Shown here: positions 61,193 to 64,000 of the stretch, piece by piece
Layout of the letters: every line of letters starts with the position of its first letter
How positions within the stretch are numbered: position 1 is the first letter of the stretch
DNA from: Alphaproteobacteria bacterium
Lineage (GTDB): Bacteria; Pseudomonadota; Alphaproteobacteria; UBA6615
NCBI GenBank assembly: GCA_038137215.1
Contig: JAYQBG010000004.1
Location: 7,650-71,649 of the forward strand
DNA length: 64,000 nucleotides
Direction: 5' to 3'
The notes under the pieces: model-generated
What the model was told of the DNA's origin: nothing
Database searches by the model: none
The model's input: the letters and a program-made list of their open reading frames with translations, nothing else
Position numbers and translations under genes: made by a program

Positions 61193-62578
61193 TTAAAGCG
61201 CGTCCGGTGCTGCAATACCCGAGGCCGAGAGCTGATTCGCCAAAGCCTCTTTGAGCCTCACCAAACCGTCGAAATCATGTGCTTCACATCGCGCAACAAG
61301 CACATCCTGCGTATTTGATGCGCGCAAAAGCCACCACCCGTCATCAGTGTTCACCCGAACACCGTCAATGGCGGTGACATCGGCACCGACCTCGGCAAGC
61401 CTTTCCGCCACTTCCTCGATCACCGCGAATTTGCGCTCTTCCGAGCAGGCGAACCTGAGTTCCGGCGTATTCTCGACATCGGGAATACGGTCCCGCAATT
61501 CTGCCAGGGTCACGCCCTGACGTTCGAGCAGTGCCAGCAGGCGGACGGCCGCATACAAGCCGTCATCAAAGCCGAAATAGCGATCCGCGAAGAAAATATG
61601 GCCGCTCATCTCACCGGCGAGCGGCGAACCGGTCTCGGACAGTTTCGACTTTATCAATGAATGTCCGGTCTTCCACATGACCGGGACACCGCCCAGACGG
61701 GCCACTTCATCAAACAGGACCTGGCTCGATTTTACATCGGCAATAATGGTGGCGCCGGGATCGTCGCGCAGGACGTCCTCGGCAAAGAGCATCATGAGCT
61801 GATCGGCCCAGAGGATACGCCCCCGCCCATCCACGACCCCTATCCGGTCTGCATCGCCGTCAAAGGCAATGCCCAGTTCACAATCGTGTTCGGCCACATG
61901 GTTCTGCAGATCAACCAGATTTTCCGCGACGGTCGGGTCGGGATGATGGCCCGGAAAGGTTCCATCAACGATTCCGTTGACCACATGATGGTGCCCGGGC
62001 ATGCGGGAACAAAGCATATTGAGAACTTCGCCTCCCGCGCCATTGCCCGGATCCCAGGCGATACGCGCCATACGAAGCGGCTGATGTTCCTGCGCCAGAA
62101 CATCAACATAGTCCTTCCGGACATCGATATCCTCGACGCTGCCCTCTCCGGACGCATAACTGGCACTTTCCGCCATCGCACCCAGCCGGGTGATGGCTTC
62201 ACCGAAAAACGGCTTGCCCGCGAGGGTCATCTTGAAACCGTTATAGTCAGCCGGATTGTGACTCCCGGTGACCATGATCCCCGAACCGGTGTCCAGGTGC
62301 CGAATGGCGAAGGACAGCATCGGGGTCGGCCCCATATTGATCCGCTTGACGTGCAGTCCACAGGCCATCAGGCCTTCGGCAACAGCTTCTGCAAGCCGGG
62401 GCGATGTCAGACGGCCATCGAAGCCCAGAGCGACCTGATCGCCACCGCTCTCTACCACGCAGGTTCCGAAGGCACGCCCGACCGCGTACGCATCGTCAGC
62501 GGTGAGGGTGTCATCGACGATCCCGCGAATGTCGTATTCGCGCAGGATCGTTGGATTGAAGCTGTGGGGAGCGGACAT
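61193..62578 (-). CDS. Phosphomannomutase/phosphoglucomutase
   Basis: REYDIRG, TGSHNP, FDGDADR, GEMSGH, RASNTQ. Confidence 0.96.
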   Translation of the reverse strand: MSAPHSFNPTILREYDIRGIVDDTLTADDAYAVGRAFGTCVVESGGDQVALGFDGRLTSPRLAEAVAEGLMACGLHVKRINMGPTPMLSFAIRHLDTGSGIMVTGSHNPADYNGFKMTLAGKPFFGEAITRLGAMAESASYASGEGSVEDIDVRKDYVDVLAQEHQPLRMARIAWDPGNGAGGEVLNMLCSRMPGHHHVVNGIVDGTFPGHHPDPTVAENLVDLQNHVAEHDCELGIAFDGDADRIGVVDGRGRILWADQLMMLFAEDVLRDDPGATIIADVKSSQVLFDEVARLGGVPVMWKTGHSLIKSKLSETGSPLAGEMSGHIFFADRYFGFDDGLYAAVRLLALLERQGVTLAELRDRIPDVENTPELRFACSEERKFAVIEEVAERLAEVGADVTAIDGVRVNTDDGWWLLRASNTQDVLVARCEAHDFDGLVRLKEALANQLSASGIAAPDAL

Positions 62579-62587
62579 GCAATCGCC

Positions 62588-63910
62588 TCAATTCTCAGCC
62601 GTGACCGGTGTCCGACCGACAGAAACATAGGTGAATCCGGCCTCGCGCATTTGCTCGGGTCGATAGATGTTGCGCAAATCAACCATGATCGGCTCTGTGA
62701 GCAGCGTTTTGGCCCGGGCCAGATCAAGTGCGCGGAACTCATTCCATTCGGTCACAATGGACACTGCATCCGCGCCGTCCATGGCGTCATAGGCATCCGC
62801 GCACCAGACCGGTCCGTCCAGAAGCTTCTTCGCCTCTTCCATACCAACCGGATCAAACACGCGGACCGTGGCCCCCGCCTCGATTAGCCGGGGCACGATC
62901 ACCAGACCGGGTGAGTCCCGCATATCGTCCGTATTGGGCTTGAACGTCAGCCCCAGGATCGCGATCGTCTTGCTGTTCACATCGCCGCCGCAGGCGTTGA
63001 TAATCTTGCGGGCCATGGCTTCCTTGCGGTTCGCGTTGACCGCAATCACCTGCTCGACGATGGAAATCGGGGCATCGACATCCCGCGCCGACCGTACCAG
63101 CGCTTCCGTGTCCTTGGGAAAGCACGATCCGCCATATCCGGGGCCCGCATGGAGAAACTTCGATCCAATCCGGCCGTCCAGCCCGATACCCTTGGCCACG
63201 TCCTGCACATCGGCTCCGACCTTCTCGCAAAGATCGGCGAACTCGTTGATGAAGGTGATCTTAGTCGCCAGAAACGTGTTGGCGGCGTATTTGATCAGCT
63301 CGGCGGTTTCGAGGCTGGTGTTAATGATCGGCGTATCGCGGAGATAGAGCGGCCGATAGAGCGCGCCAACCGTTTCGGCCGCACGCTCGGAGTCGGCCCC
63401 GATGACAACCCGATCCGGCCGTTTGAAGTCCTCGATCGCGGACCCCTCACGCAAAAATTCGGGGTTTGAAGCGATTTCGATCTCGCCATCGGCCCGGACG
63501 GCTTTGATTCGCTTCATCACCTCGCGACCGGTTCCCACAGGGACCGTCGATTTGGTCACCACCACCGTATACCCATCGGCATGGCGCGCAATGTCCTCAG
63601 CGGCCTGGAACACATAGCTGAGATCAGCATGGCCATCACCGCGCCGTGACGGTGTTCCCACAGCGATAAAGACCGCATCAGCCGATTTGACTGCGCTGGC
63701 AAGGTCGGTGGTAAAGCTCAGGCGGCCCGCGGCCACATTGCGGGACACCAGGTCGTCAAGACCCGGCTCATAGATCGGCATCCGGCCATCCACGAGCATC
63801 TCAATCTTGTCGGCATTGTTGTCGACACAGACAACATCCCAGCCGAATTCGGAAAAACAGGCGCCCGAAACCAGGCCGACATATCCTGTCCCAACCATCG
63901 CAATTTTCAT
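62588..63910 (-). CDS. ugd: UDP-glucose 6-dehydrogenase
   Basis: GTGYVGL, PEFLREGSA, GPGYGGSCFPKD, GLTFKPNTDDMRDS. Confidence 0.96.
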   Translation of the reverse strand: MKIAMVGTGYVGLVSGACFSEFGWDVVCVDNNADKIEMLVDGRMPIYEPGLDDLVSRNVAAGRLSFTTDLASAVKSADAVFIAVGTPSRRGDGHADLSYVFQAAEDIARHADGYTVVVTKSTVPVGTGREVMKRIKAVRADGEIEIASNPEFLREGSAIEDFKRPDRVVIGADSERAAETVGALYRPLYLRDTPIINTSLETAELIKYAANTFLATKITFINEFADLCEKVGADVQDVAKGIGLDGRIGSKFLHAGPGYGGSCFPKDTEALVRSARDVDAPISIVEQVIAVNANRKEAMARKIINACGGDVNSKTIAILGLTFKPNTDDMRDSPGLVIVPRLIEAGATVRVFDPVGMEEAKKLLDGPVWCADAYDAMDGADAVSIVTEWNEFRALDLARAKTLLTEPIMVDLRNIYRPEQMREAGFTYVSVGRTPVTAEN

Positions 63911-64000
63911 GCGGATGTCTCTCCCAGTCGCCGGATCATTTCGCGGGTACCCGGCCCGAGATCCTCGCGGGCCAGGGCAAAGGCGATATTTGCCTCCAGG
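63907..64000 (-). CDS. galU: C-terminal end of a probable UTP-glucose-1-phosphate uridylyltransferase (partial)
   Basis: ...LEANIAFALAREDLGPGTREMIRRLGETSA* resembles the GalU C-terminus; ATGA overlap with ugd; only 30 codons visible. Confidence 0.65.
   Translation of the reverse strand, partial: LEANIAFALAREDLGPGTREMIRRLGETSA

Overview
GC-rich (visually about 60%) alphaproteobacterial core chromosome, probably Rhodospirillales-like (inferred from gene order and protein sequences). It contains about 69 CDS and no rRNA, tRNA, CRISPR array, IS element or prophage that I can support. Main blocks: (1) glyA-nrdR-ribD-ribE-ribBX-ribH-nusB-thiL-fliL-fliL-RfnT-like MFS; (2) rpiB, mucR, cupin, gcdH, a Cys-tailed MarR divergent from rpoH2, ldtR-like MarR, hemB, 1-Cys peroxiredoxin, hydrolases; (3) a decayed spot (GNAT with an in-frame TGA plus an N-terminally truncated motB), bpt/ate, and a TRAP transporter with strongly extended DctQ and DctM; (4) folK-rpoZ-spoT-pdxJ-acpS-lepB-rnc-era-recO-parC-bioY; (5) NYN, UDG, MarR, ornithine decarboxylase, aroQ-accB-accC-aat, NDUFA12-mlaD-mlaD-DUF2155, nrdJ; (6) ridA-CDF-FemAB-like GNAT, a low-GC ORFan, clpS-clpA, phasin, orphan Anbu-like proteasome-type protease, DD-carboxypeptidase, LLM oxidoreductase, pgm-ugd-galU. 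Best leads: an orphan Anbu-like protease sharing a PhaR-box-rich divergent promoter with the phasin next to clpSA; the same anti-Shine-Dalgarno loop (ACUCUCCUCCC) displayed in hairpins after both nrdJ and the phasin (candidate 3'-derived sRNAs); a Cys-tailed MarR with twin palindromic operators facing rpoH2; and an 887-aa DctM with a ~335-aa helical C-terminal domain. Start codons were adjusted by eye where the ORF track was clearly over-extended. All family calls come from motif recognition, not from database searches.
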